Below, in pieces: positions 26,858-35,160 of a stretch of DNA of 35,655 nucleotides (positions are counted from its first letter, which is position 1; the number at the start of each line of letters is the position of its first letter). The notes under the pieces are model-generated. The model was given only the letters and a program-made list of their open reading frames with translations. It did not search any database and had not been told where the DNA came from. The stretch is from a virus (taxonomy: Duplodnaviria; Caudoviricetes), in IMG/VR virus record IMGVR_UViG_3300032253_000022, positions 1 to 35,655 of that record. One strand, 5' to 3'. The position numbers and the translations under genes are program-made.

Positions 26858-27182
26858 ACATCATTTAGCTACAGAGATGGTAGGCTGTGAACAGTTTAAG
26901 CCTATTGAATTACCAAAGATGGAAGATTGGAAACTAGAGCCTGTAGGTATGCTAGACGTAATCGACAAAAACGTATCAATGGCTGTTATGTATAGAAATT
27001 TAAGTAAGACAGGCTTAGGTAGTCATTCATATAAAAATGCTTCAATAATGGATAATAACATAGTGTATGCCATTTATGAATATCTAGGATATTTAATTAC
27101 TGAGATCGAAGCTCACAATATTAAAGCTAGAGAGGAAATAGCAAGAAAGGAATTGCAAAAGAGTAAAGCTTTAAATAAATAA
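26790..27182 (+). CDS. Outer-membrane lipoprotein spanin (Rz1-like)
   Basis: Signal peptide with lipobox LSGC; starts inside the preceding gene. Confidence 0.65.
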   Translation: MQKINLITLMVVSLLCLSGCVTKHHLATEMVGCEQFKPIELPKMEDWKLEPVGMLDVIDKNVSMAVMYRNLSKTGLGSHSYKNASIMDNNIVYAIYEYLGYLITEIEAHNIKAREEIARKELQKSKALNK

Positions 27183-27186
27183 GTTA

Positions 27187-27195
27187 TGCTAAAAT
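27187..27195 (+). promoter_or_regulatory. Putative extended -10 promoter (TGCTAAAAT)
   Basis: Intergenic, upstream of 27226. Confidence 0.5.
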
Positions 27196-27225
27196 GTTCT
27201 AACAAAATAAAATAGGGTTTTCATA

Positions 27226-27720
27226 ATGACTGAATGTAGTGATGATGATAAAAAAGCTTTTTACCAACTCATAACTACAGTACATAACATTGTGGAAAAA
27301 CTAGAGAGTCACGAAGAAAGGCACTGCTCTATGGAAAATAGAGTAGGTTGTAATGAGCGTGAATATATCCCTGCTGCTAAACAAGCGGTAGAAGCTCATG
27401 CAATGGTTCATCAAATGAAAGTAAGTGAGGGTGAAGTGAGAGCAGAACTAGAAGCACATGGGAATATGCTTGAAATGCTTTTAAGCAGAAACTTAACTAA
27501 AGACCAATCAGATGAAGAATTTAAAGAAAAGCTTTTTACTAGACTACATAAGATAGAGGTATTCGTAGCAGTCAATAAGTTTATAGGCGGTGCTTTTGTT
27601 CTTATAGGCTTACCTCTTATTACATGGCTAATCAGGAATGATATCAGCGAGAAAAAGATCCCCCCTGCTACAAACAACGATAAAACAGTCAAGGTTAAGA
27701 AGTTCAAAAAGGATAGCTAA
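27226..27720 (+). CDS. Coiled-coil protein with C-terminal TM (possible holin-like or lysis accessory protein)
   Basis: Single TM near the C-terminus; basic tail; translationally coupled to the endolysin gene. Confidence 0.6.
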   Translation: MTECSDDDKKAFYQLITTVHNIVEKLESHEERHCSMENRVGCNEREYIPAAKQAVEAHAMVHQMKVSEGEVRAELEAHGNMLEMLLSRNLTKDQSDEEFKEKLFTRLHKIEVFVAVNKFIGGAFVLIGLPLITWLIRNDISEKKIPPATNNDKTVKVKKFKKDS

Positions 27721-28073
27721 TGCACTACTTTTCAATAAAAGAACGCTCATGTAATTGTTGTAATGAACTTAATGACAATGAAACGCTTATAGATTTAATG
27801 AATAAAGCTAGAGCAAGGGCAGGTATTCCATTTATAGTAACCTCTTGGTATAGGTGTAAGGCTCACAATGAGTCAATAGGTAGCAAAAGTACATCAAGCC
27901 ATGTATCAGGGTTAGCTGTAGATATCGCATTTAAAAATAGTGTAGATAAATTTACTATTATGAAAGCACTTATTAATACAGGGTTTGAGCGTATAGGGAT
28001 TAATGAAAAGAAAAAGTTTATCCATGTAGATATAAGCATGGATAAAATTCGTCCTGTGTTATTTAGCTACTAA
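27720..28073 (+). CDS. Endolysin, peptidase M15A family
   Basis: C.CC, SWYRC..HN..IG...SSH..G.AVD, FIHVD. Confidence 0.9.
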   Translation: MHYFSIKERSCNCCNELNDNETLIDLMNKARARAGIPFIVTSWYRCKAHNESIGSKSTSSHVSGLAVDIAFKNSVDKFTIMKALINTGFERIGINEKKKFIHVDISMDKIRPVLFSY

Positions 28074-28761
28074 TCCTAGTAGCTTCAAACTCAGCTATCA
28101 TCTCAGCTTCTTTATCCGTATAAGCTCTTTGAACTATAACATCAGACTCTTTAACTTTAGGTTCAAGGCAGTTAATAACATTATCACTTAATGCCATTAC
28201 AACTCTTTTACCTTTCTCAGGCTTAGATATAGTCTTATACTGCTTTTTAGCAGGTGTTTTAGCTTTCTTAACCTCTTGCTTAGGTTTAACCTCTTTAGGC
28301 TTTCTAGGTGCTTTACCTTGTGAGAAATTCCACTCTCTCTTTAAGCAACTTTGAGAGCAATACTTTTTAGTAGTGTAAATAGTTTCAAAAGACTTATTGC
28401 AATCCCTACAAGCACAAGTTTTTTTAGTTAGCAACTCAGCTCGACGTTTGATCTTCTTTTTTTCTACAGCACTATTTCGTCTACAAAACTCACTACAGTA
28501 AACCATAGGTCTAACACTTGTATTATGGAATTCATGTTTACAAGTAGGGCAGGTTTTTAAATCAGGGTTTTCAAGTCGTTTCTGTTTTTCTGCATCTCTT
28601 TTAGCTTTTAACACATCTTTCCTTTTTTGATAATATTTGAGATGCTTTTTATCTGCTGCATCTCTTATAGCTTTTTGTTTATCGTTACATGATCTACTGC
28701 AATACTTCTTTTTTCTGTTTGATGTAAATTCATTATTGCATTCTGTATATGCACAAATCAT
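28063..28761 (-). CDS. Zinc-finger repeat protein
   Basis: Three C..C...F......YCS..C units and a Lys-rich linker. Confidence 0.75.
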   Translation of the reverse strand: MICAYTECNNEFTSNRKKKYCSRSCNDKQKAIRDAADKKHLKYYQKRKDVLKAKRDAEKQKRLENPDLKTCPTCKHEFHNTSVRPMVYCSEFCRRNSAVEKKKIKRRAELLTKKTCACRDCNKSFETIYTTKKYCSQSCLKREWNFSQGKAPRKPKEVKPKQEVKKAKTPAKKQYKTISKPEKGKRVVMALSDNVINCLEPKVKESDVIVQRAYTDKEAEMIAEFEATRISS

Positions 28762-29540
28762 TCATATTCCTTTATTCTATTATTAATCATATTCATCTTG
28801 TTTAAACTCATACCCTCACCTGATTTAGAAGCAGTCCTAAGTCTGCTAAAATCTGCATCACCTAACCTTAAAGCGTTTCGTATTTGTCTTTCTGAAAGGA
28901 ACGAAAAACTATCACCAAAATCTGAAAGGGCTTGTAACGTGTCTTTAGCTAAAAGCGACACAGGAGTATCTACAAAAGCGTTTCGCAACTGGTTCTTCTT
29001 AGTTTCAGTCTTTGGTTTAACAGTTTCTTTTGTAACTACTAAAGCGTTTCCACGTAGGATAATTATTGACTTAACCTGTGCAATTAATATCATTATAAGC
29101 ATTAACCCCTCAACGATAATATTAAGTAAAATTACAGGCTTGGTTTTAGTTACATTGTCTGCATCTCCATTTAATATCACTAAGGTATCTAAAGACTTTT
29201 GAGTAGTTTTCCACCAGTCCATTTTATCATCTGCTATTCTATTGAGAGTTTTATTTACTGCATCTATCGAACTACTTTTAGCTTCTATCTTGCTAATATC
29301 AGCCCAAGCTTCAATGCTACCTTTAGATAGATGAAATAGTGAAGCACATATAACTACAACACTAAGTAAAAATGCAGTACCCGTATCTTTTTTATACCAA
29401 AATAATAATGATGCAATTTCAATAACTGGTGAAACTATCCACCCTATCCAACCATTAGACATGGCTAACCAAAAATTAATAGAGTGATATTGAAGAATTA
29501 CAAATGCACCAATAATAATGATCAATGATACAGGCTTCAT
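28758..29540 (-). CDS. Multi-TM membrane protein with possible C-terminal HTH
   Basis: Several hydrophobic helices; C-terminal SERQIRNALRLGDADFSRLR. Confidence 0.7.
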   Translation of the reverse strand: MKPVSLIIIIGAFVILQYHSINFWLAMSNGWIGWIVSPVIEIASLLFWYKKDTGTAFLLSVVVICASLFHLSKGSIEAWADISKIEAKSSSIDAVNKTLNRIADDKMDWWKTTQKSLDTLVILNGDADNVTKTKPVILLNIIVEGLMLIMILIAQVKSIIILRGNALVVTKETVKPKTETKKNQLRNAFVDTPVSLLAKDTLQALSDFGDSFSFLSERQIRNALRLGDADFSRLRTASKSGEGMSLNKMNMINNRIKEYE

Positions 29541-30121
29541 GATTTATATTCCCACTTAAATGGCTTTTCCTTAATCACTTTACCACTACAAAAAGCGTGA
29601 ATACTACTAGATGCAATTCCAGTAGCCCTACTTGCTTCATTTATAGAATGGTATTCTGCCATAAAAATATCATCATTAGAGTATTGAATAACAGATAAGC
29701 TATCTTTATTGTTTATGCCTAACTTTCTATCACTATGATGTTTGTCTTTATTTTCTTTCCAAGTCATTATTTGTATATTACTAAATGAATAGCCTTTGTA
29801 ATCATCTATCCTATCTACAGATGGAACTTTCATTTTATCATACCCACTTATAACCCACTTGCTATGCAATTCATGAAATAAGTCTAAAGACATAAGCCAA
29901 GATTCTAATTCATTTTTTGTGTACTCAGGAAAGCTATGCCCTCTCATCTTAGAAGCATCTCTTTGGTGATAGTATATCTTACTAATTAGACCGATTTTAG
30001 TCCTTCTATAAGCTTTAGATTGTATATTTACACAACCCCTACATATCGTTTTGTTTCGATAAAATTCATTAGTATCTTTACTTACTTTACAACGATTACA
30101 AATTTTAAACTTCTCCTCCAT
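29537..30121 (-). CDS. HNH-like homing endonuclease with NUMOD1-type C-terminal domain
   Basis: CxxC N-terminus; PSVDRIDDYKGYSFSNIQIMTW.EN; EY.SI.EASR.TGI..SSI...C.GK.....FKW. Confidence 0.8.
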   Translation of the reverse strand: MEEKFKICNRCKVSKDTNEFYRNKTICRGCVNIQSKAYRRTKIGLISKIYYHQRDASKMRGHSFPEYTKNELESWLMSLDLFHELHSKWVISGYDKMKVPSVDRIDDYKGYSFSNIQIMTWKENKDKHHSDRKLGINNKDSLSVIQYSNDDIFMAEYHSINEASRATGIASSSIHAFCSGKVIKEKPFKWEYKS

Positions 30122-30135
30122 CTTGTACTCCTTTA

Positions 30136-30255
30136 TTAGTCAGTAAGTTTATGAAGCACAGCTAAGTCAAGAGCTACTGGCATAATGTAGCTATACCAAC
30201 TAACAGCACCACCTAAATAATGTAGATCACATAATGTTAAAATCATACTAAGCAT
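30136..30255 (-). CDS. Small hydrophobic peptide, 39 aa (possible remnant of a membrane-protein 5' end)
   Basis: Not in the ORF track; MLSMILTLCDLHYLGGAVSWYSYIMPVALDLAVLHKLTD; overlaps the RHH stop. Confidence 0.45.
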   Translation of the reverse strand: MLSMILTLCDLHYLGGAVSWYSYIMPVALDLAVLHKLTD

Positions 30256-30400
30256 TATTTTTACCTTGTTTTTTTTCCCACGTCTTAACAGTATGTTCTA
30301 CCATACCCTTAACTGTTCTACCCTCAGCCTTACACATAACCTTAAATCTATCTCTAAGGTCTACATTTACGATTAAATAGCGTTCATCTTTCTTGCTCAT
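30248..30400 (-). CDS. Ribbon-helix-helix DNA-binding protein (ParG/Arc-like), 50 aa
   Basis: Not in the ORF track; SD aaagga; MSKKDERYLIVNVDLRDRFKVMCKAEGRTVKGMVEHTVKTWEK fits strand-helix-G-helix. Confidence 0.65.
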   Translation of the reverse strand: MSKKDERYLIVNVDLRDRFKVMCKAEGRTVKGMVEHTVKTWEKKQGKNNA

Positions 30401-30429
30401 TTTATTCCTTTAAATTTAATTTCAGTAAA

Positions 30430-30480
30430 ATAGTAACAATAATACGCTTAAAGGAAAGTTAAAGGTTTTCATGTTACAAT
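30430..30480. promoter_or_regulatory. Divergent extended -10 promoters flanking TTAAAGG direct repeats
   Basis: Leftward TGTTACTAT (complement of 30430-30438); rightward TGTTACAAT (30472-30480); ttaaagg at 30448 and 30459. Confidence 0.65.
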
Positions 30481-30508
30481 ACCTCATCTAATTTAAAGGA
30501 GATACACA

Positions 30509-30583
30509 ATGAGTAAAGAAAAAAAAATGACAGCGAGTGAGTTGTTTATGTATTGGTTTGGAGGGAGTAATAATGATCGATAA
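30509..30583 (+). CDS. Short leader peptide, 24 aa (MSKEKKMTASELFMYWFGGSNNDR)
   Basis: Strong SD aaaggag; overlaps the SSAP start. Confidence 0.4.
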   Translation: MSKEKKMTASELFMYWFGGSNNDR

Positions 30584-31280
30584 ACAAAGAGAGCTTTTAG
30601 TTAAACCATTCCATGAAAATGAAGTAGAGTGGAGAATTCAATCAAGTGGTATTACTAAAGATGGTAAGCCTTGGGCTATGGCTTTATGCTATACAACAAA
30701 TAGAGGTGTTATGAACCGCTTTGATGAGGTGTTTGGCATCGGTGGCTGGGCTAATGAATTTAAACCTACTCCTACTATGCAAGGTACTTTATGCGGTATT
30801 AGCTGTAGGTTTGGTGATGAATGGGTTACTAAGTGGGATGGTGCAGAAGATACAAAAGTAGAAGCTACAAAAGGTGGTTTAAGTTCATCTATGAAACGTG
30901 CTGCTGTTCAATGGGGAGTAGGTAGATATTTATACTCTCTTGATGTTGGCTGGGTAGTTGTAGTAGATAATAAGACAGCTACTTCTAAAAGTGCTAAGGT
31001 TAAAGGATTAGATGGTAAAGATGTTTGGTTCAACTGGGAAGCACCACAGTTGCCAAACTTTGCACTACCTATCATGAATAGCCAAATTAAAGTTATACAT
31101 GATGAAGCTATTAATACTGGTACTTTAATAGAAGATATTGAAAGTGCTTTTAATATAAGCGACTTACATAATCTTACTAAAGAAGATGGGTTAAGCATTA
31201 TTCAATCACTTAGTAAAAAAGAAAAGTTATCTGATGAAGATAGAGAAAAGTTTATTGAAGAATTAAAAAAGGATAAGTAA
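30573..31280 (+). CDS. Rad52/Sak-like single-strand annealing protein (ORF track starts at 30537; ATG 30573 preferred)
   Basis: EWRIQ, R.VMNRFDEVFG..W, TKWDGA, KGG.S.SMKRAAVQWGVGRYLY. Confidence 0.85.
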   Translation: MIDKQRELLVKPFHENEVEWRIQSSGITKDGKPWAMALCYTTNRGVMNRFDEVFGIGGWANEFKPTPTMQGTLCGISCRFGDEWVTKWDGAEDTKVEATKGGLSSSMKRAAVQWGVGRYLYSLDVGWVVVVDNKTATSKSAKVKGLDGKDVWFNWEAPQLPNFALPIMNSQIKVIHDEAINTGTLIEDIESAFNISDLHNLTKEDGLSIIQSLSKKEKLSDEDREKFIEELKKDK

Positions 31281-31789
31281 TGAACACTTGGGAAATTACC
31301 AAAGAGATTGAGGAATTAAGAACCCTCTCTCTTGTAGAAGAATTTGATGAAGACACAGGTGAATTGATTGATAATTCTAAAGAGCTTCAAGAGTTGCTTA
31401 ATGAACTTAACATTAAACGTGATGATAAGCTTATTGGTATTGAGTATATTAAGCGTGAGTATCAATCTATTAACGATACAATAGATGCTGAGATGAAGCG
31501 TTTAAAAGATCGTAAAGCTAAGTTTGATAAGCATATAGAAAAGCTTAGTAACTTAGAGGAGTTTTTGCTTAATGGTGAAAAAGTCGAAACTGATCTATTT
31601 AGTTTCAGCTTTAGAAAGTCCACAAGTGTTAATGTAGATGATGTTAATATTGCTACTATTAAAGGCAAATACGTTCAAGAGAAAACAACTTTTTCAATTA
31701 AGAAAGCTGATGTTAAAAAAGCATTGCAAGATGGTGAAGAAATAGAGGGAGCGTTTCTAGAAACAAAACAAAATTTACAAGTAAAATAA
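31280..31789 (+). CDS. Siphovirus Gp157-family protein
   Basis: E..RL..RK, F.FSFRKS.SV, K..VKKAL..GEEIEGA.L....NLQVK. Confidence 0.85.
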   Translation: MNTWEITKEIEELRTLSLVEEFDEDTGELIDNSKELQELLNELNIKRDDKLIGIEYIKREYQSINDTIDAEMKRLKDRKAKFDKHIEKLSNLEEFLLNGEKVETDLFSFSFRKSTSVNVDDVNIATIKGKYVQEKTTFSIKKADVKKALQDGEEIEGAFLETKQNLQVK

Positions 31790-32109
31790 TGGCTATCAGA
31801 ACATTAAATCAAAATAACTTTTACTATGCGTTTATAACTGATGTACATAAACAAGCACTAGAAAAGCATATCACAGTAGAGAATATGGATTATATGCGAA
31901 ATGGGTTTAAAGAGTTGGATAGTAATTATCCTAGGAATTATCAGGTATCTACTATGGCAATAAAGCCTATAAGTTCAGCAGAACTAACTACTAAAGAAAT
32001 GGTAGACCATATAGAATTTATAACTAAATTCGTATGGGAAGTAGCACAAATAACACCACGCTATGTAGAAGATGAATGGCAACGCTTGTTGAGCCAAGCA
32101 CACGCTTAA
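31789..32109 (+). CDS. NinB/Orf-like recombination protein
   Basis: RT..QN..Y.A and SS..L...EM...IE.I motifs. Confidence 0.6.
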   Translation: MAIRTLNQNNFYYAFITDVHKQALEKHITVENMDYMRNGFKELDSNYPRNYQVSTMAIKPISSAELTTKEMVDHIEFITKFVWEVAQITPRYVEDEWQRLLSQAHA

Positions 32110-32157
32110 ACAATTAGCAATGCCAATAAGTCTAAAAATAATATAGGAGTATGAAAA

Positions 32158-32631
32158 ATGTTTAACAAAATAATTCTAGTTGGTAATCTCACAAGAGATA
32201 TTGAACTTAAATACACAAATGGTGGTACAGCTTTAGCAAAAACAGCTATTGCTACTACTCGCAAGTTTACCTCAAATGGTGAGCGTAAAGAGGAAGTATG
32301 TTTTGTAGACATTACTTTCTTTGGTAAGTCAGCAGAAATTGCTAATCAGTACCTAAGAAAAGGCTCTAAGTGTTTAGTTGAGGGTAGATTGATGTTTGAA
32401 CAGTGGACAGATCAAGCAGGGCAGAAACGCTCTAAGCATAGCGTAACAGTTGAAAGTATGCAGATGTTAGATAATAAGCCTGATAGTCAAGGTCAGCAGC
32501 CACAATCACAGCAGCAAACACAATACACGCCACCAACTGAAACTATCCCACAAGATAATGTAAGTGATACACACCCTAATCAAGGTAGTTTAATACCTGA
32601 GTTTGACATCGATGAAAACATTCCTTTTTGA
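32158..32631 (+). CDS. ssb: Single-stranded DNA-binding protein
   Basis: MFNKIILVGNLTRDIEL... OB fold; acidic IPF tail. Confidence 0.95.
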   Translation: MFNKIILVGNLTRDIELKYTNGGTALAKTAIATTRKFTSNGERKEEVCFVDITFFGKSAEIANQYLRKGSKCLVEGRLMFEQWTDQAGQKRSKHSVTVESMQMLDNKPDSQGQQPQSQQQTQYTPPTETIPQDNVSDTHPNQGSLIPEFDIDENIPF

Positions 32632-32632
32632 T

Positions 32633-32660
32633 TTGACATTAAAGCAAACTACGCTATACT
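32633..32660 (+). promoter_or_regulatory. sigma70-type promoter
   Basis: TTGACA 32633-32638, 16 bp, TATACT 32655-32660. Confidence 0.7.
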
Positions 32661-32663
32661 AAC

Positions 32664-32850
32664 GAGTCAGCTTTCTCTCTCTAAGTTGTACTCCTTTAAA
32701 GTCGTTCCCTCTTGGGTTCGACAGAATATTGTTAAAGAGCATTATATAAAGTCAAGTTAAGCAAAGGTTCGTCCAGTACCTAGTAGACGCTTGATTTTAT
32801 ATAGGGCTTATAGATTTACTGAAACTGGACACTTCAATTAAATCTCCCTA
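32664..32850 (+). ncRNA. Putative structured non-coding RNA or leader (anti-SD segment, small hairpin, two hairpins with complementary loops)
   Basis: No ORF. C/U-rich tract; hairpin 32701-32722; 14-bp stem 32743-32756/32790-32803; stem 32812-32845; loops gtccagt and actggac. Confidence 0.6.
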
Positions 32851-32877
32851 AATTATTATTGTCTGAAAGATAACATT

Positions 32878-33651
32878 ATGGCAGAACGTAGAATGTTTAC
32901 AAAGAAGATTACAGAGAGTGATGCTTTTTTAGATATGGCATTATCAACACAAGCACTATATTTTCATTTATCTATGGGTGCAGATGATGATGGGTTTGTT
33001 AATAGCCCAAAGAAAACATCACGCATGATAGGTGCAAGTGATGATGAGCTAAAAATATTATTTGCTAAAAAGTTTATCATTGGTTTTGATAGTGGCATTA
33101 TAGTAATTAAACATTGGAAGATGCACAACTACATTCAAAAAGATAGATACAAACCTACAACACACCATGATGAGATGGCTATTTTAGGTATTAAAGATAA
33201 TAATGTGTACACTATGGATACAGATTGTATACAAGATGTACGCTTAGGTAAGGTAAGGTTAGGTAAGGATAGTCAAGGTAAGGCAAGTCAAGGCGATATA
33301 GTCGAGCAAAAAGAACACATAGGTTTTATCGATGACGTTAAAAACATAATAGATCATTTAAACATGGTTATAAAATCTAAGTACAAACACACAAGCAAAA
33401 AGACTAAAGACCTTATACGAGCTAGATTTAATGATGGATTTAGTGTAGATGACTTCTTTCACGTTCATTTAGTAAAAGCAGCGGATTGGATAAATGACCC
33501 AAAGATGAAAAAATATCTAAGCCCTGACACGCTTTATAGCAATAAGTTTGAGAAATATTTAAACCAGCCACTATCAAACTATGAAAAAGCAAAGCTTATA
33601 CAGATACAAACAGGTAAGACTATGACTGAGATTATGGAGAATTTATCATGA
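32878..33651 (+). CDS. Phage replication initiator (replisome-organizer N-terminus plus conserved phage C-terminal domain)
   Basis: MAERRMF...FLDM..STQALYFHL.M.ADDDGF; I.ARF..GF...DF, W..D..M..YL.P.TL...KFE.YLN. Confidence 0.9.
   Translation: MAERRMFTKKITESDAFLDMALSTQALYFHLSMGADDDGFVNSPKKTSRMIGASDDELKILFAKKFIIGFDSGIIVIKHWKMHNYIQKDRYKPTTHHDEMAILGIKDNNVYTMDTDCIQDVRLGKVRLGKDSQGKASQGDIVEQKEHIGFIDDVKNIIDHLNMVIKSKYKHTSKKTKDLIRARFNDGFSVDDFFHVHLVKAADWINDPKMKKYLSPDTLYSNKFEKYLNQPLSNYEKAKLIQIQTGKTMTEIMENLS
33204..33294 (+). repeat. Short tandem repeats inside the initiator gene (candidate origin iterons)
   Basis: tgtac/tgtatac-like units followed by aggta/aaggt units with a 5/15-bp period. Confidence 0.5.
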
Positions 33652-34166
33652 TTGAATTAGTACAAGACATAAAATCATTGCTAAATATTCAAGGTGGACT
33701 ATTTATTGAACAAGCTATAGAGGATTATTTATCAGATATAGACCCTAAAGATTATAAAGACTTTTTCAGAGAGTTAAGCGGTGATAAGTTCGCATATAAA
33801 ACTGGCATGGATCGAGTAGCAATAGTAAGTGCATCATTTAACGAGCGTAAACGTGCCTTATTAAACCGAAATGTTAAAACTAAGGCAAATGCTTTAGCCG
33901 ATAAGCTTTATGCCCTTAAGATGCAAGTACAGGACAAATACGAGCATATTAAGTATGGTGATATAAAGATGAATAACGAAAGGTATTTTAATAATGCTGA
34001 AATGATGGTTATAGAAAAGCTTGATATGAATAGAATGATGAAAGAGATCGATACTATGAGCTTACAAGACAGCGTAAACAGAATTAACGAAGTCATGGAA
34101 CGTATCAATCAGGCAACAGTTGAGGGTTTAGCACTTTCACTAAACGATAAGAAGCTATTAAAATAA
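33648..34166 (+). CDS. Hypothetical protein in the helicase-loader position
   Basis: ATGA overlap with the initiator; no Walker motifs. Confidence 0.65.
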   Translation: MIELVQDIKSLLNIQGGLFIEQAIEDYLSDIDPKDYKDFFRELSGDKFAYKTGMDRVAIVSASFNERKRALLNRNVKTKANALADKLYALKMQVQDKYEHIKYGDIKMNNERYFNNAEMMVIEKLDMNRMMKEIDTMSLQDSVNRINEVMERINQATVEGLALSLNDKKLLK

Positions 34167-34176
34167 AGGAATTATT

Positions 34177-35151
34177 ATGAGCAGTCAAGAATATAGACAA
34201 AAGAATTTAAAAGATATGCAATCTTGGTCTTTAGATAAAAAGATAAACCATACACTGAAAAGAATTAGAGAGTTTTATGAAACACAAGAGGGGAAGGTGT
34301 ATATTGCTTTTAGTGGAGGAATTGATAGTACAGTTTTACTAGATTTAGTTAGAAGCTTATACCCTGATATTACTGCTGTTTTCAGCAATACTACAAATGA
34401 GTATGTAGAGATTTTAGAATTTGTACGGACTATTAAAAACTGTATTGAGGTTAATCCTAAAATGACATTTAATGAAACTGTTAAAAAATATGGGTTTCCT
34501 TTAGTTAGCAAAAAAGTAAGTAGGTCAATCACAGATTTAAAAAATCCTACTGAAAGAAATAAAGCAACTATAAACCTTTATCTAACAGGGATAAAAAGAG
34601 ATGGTACAAAATCTAAAAATTTTAAACTTGCAAAAAAATGGATACCACTAATTGATGAGCCTTTTAATATAACTAATAAATGCTGTGATGTATTAAAAAA
34701 AGAGCCAATGAATAGATACCAAAAAGATACAGGGCTATTTCCAATAATTGGAACACAAGCAGAAGAAAGTAATCAAAGAAAACAATCGTGGGTTGAAACT
34801 GGGTGTAATTCTTTTGATGGTAAAGTTCAATCAAAACCATTAAGTATATGGACTAAAAAAGATATATGGGATTATCAAAAGAGATTTAATCTACCATACG
34901 CAACTATTTATGATGACATAATAGATAGTGATGGAAATATACTTATTGAGGGAGAGAAAAGAACAGGCTGTGCATATTGTGCTTTTGGTGCTCACTTAGA
35001 AAAAGGTACTAATAGGTTTCAAAGACTTTCTTTAAGAAAACCTAAGCAATTTAAAAAAATGATGGCACTAGAAAACAATGGTGTTAAGTTTGAAACAGCA
35101 TTAAACAAAATAGGGGTTAGAGCTAGAATAGAGAGAACATTATTTAGTTAA
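34177..35151 (+). CDS. Phosphoadenosine phosphosulfate reductase-family protein
   Basis: PP-loop AFSGGIDSTVL; CCDVLKKEP; S.PLS.W; RTGCAYC. Confidence 0.9.
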   Translation: MSSQEYRQKNLKDMQSWSLDKKINHTLKRIREFYETQEGKVYIAFSGGIDSTVLLDLVRSLYPDITAVFSNTTNEYVEILEFVRTIKNCIEVNPKMTFNETVKKYGFPLVSKKVSRSITDLKNPTERNKATINLYLTGIKRDGTKSKNFKLAKKWIPLIDEPFNITNKCCDVLKKEPMNRYQKDTGLFPIIGTQAEESNQRKQSWVETGCNSFDGKVQSKPLSIWTKKDIWDYQKRFNLPYATIYDDIIDSDGNILIEGEKRTGCAYCAFGAHLEKGTNRFQRLSLRKPKQFKKMMALENNGVKFETALNKIGVRARIERTLFS

Positions 35152-35160
35152 GGAACATTA

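Noticed and set aside
28798-29202. 134-aa plus-strand ORF and the other antisense ORFs in the track (e.g. 2012-2320, 6750-7097, 14476-14823)
   Set aside because: They are shadows of well-supported genes on the opposite strand and show no recognisable motifs.
32710-32775. GGTTCG T-loop-like motifs suggesting a tRNA
   Set aside because: No T-stem closure, D-arm or acceptor stem can be built.
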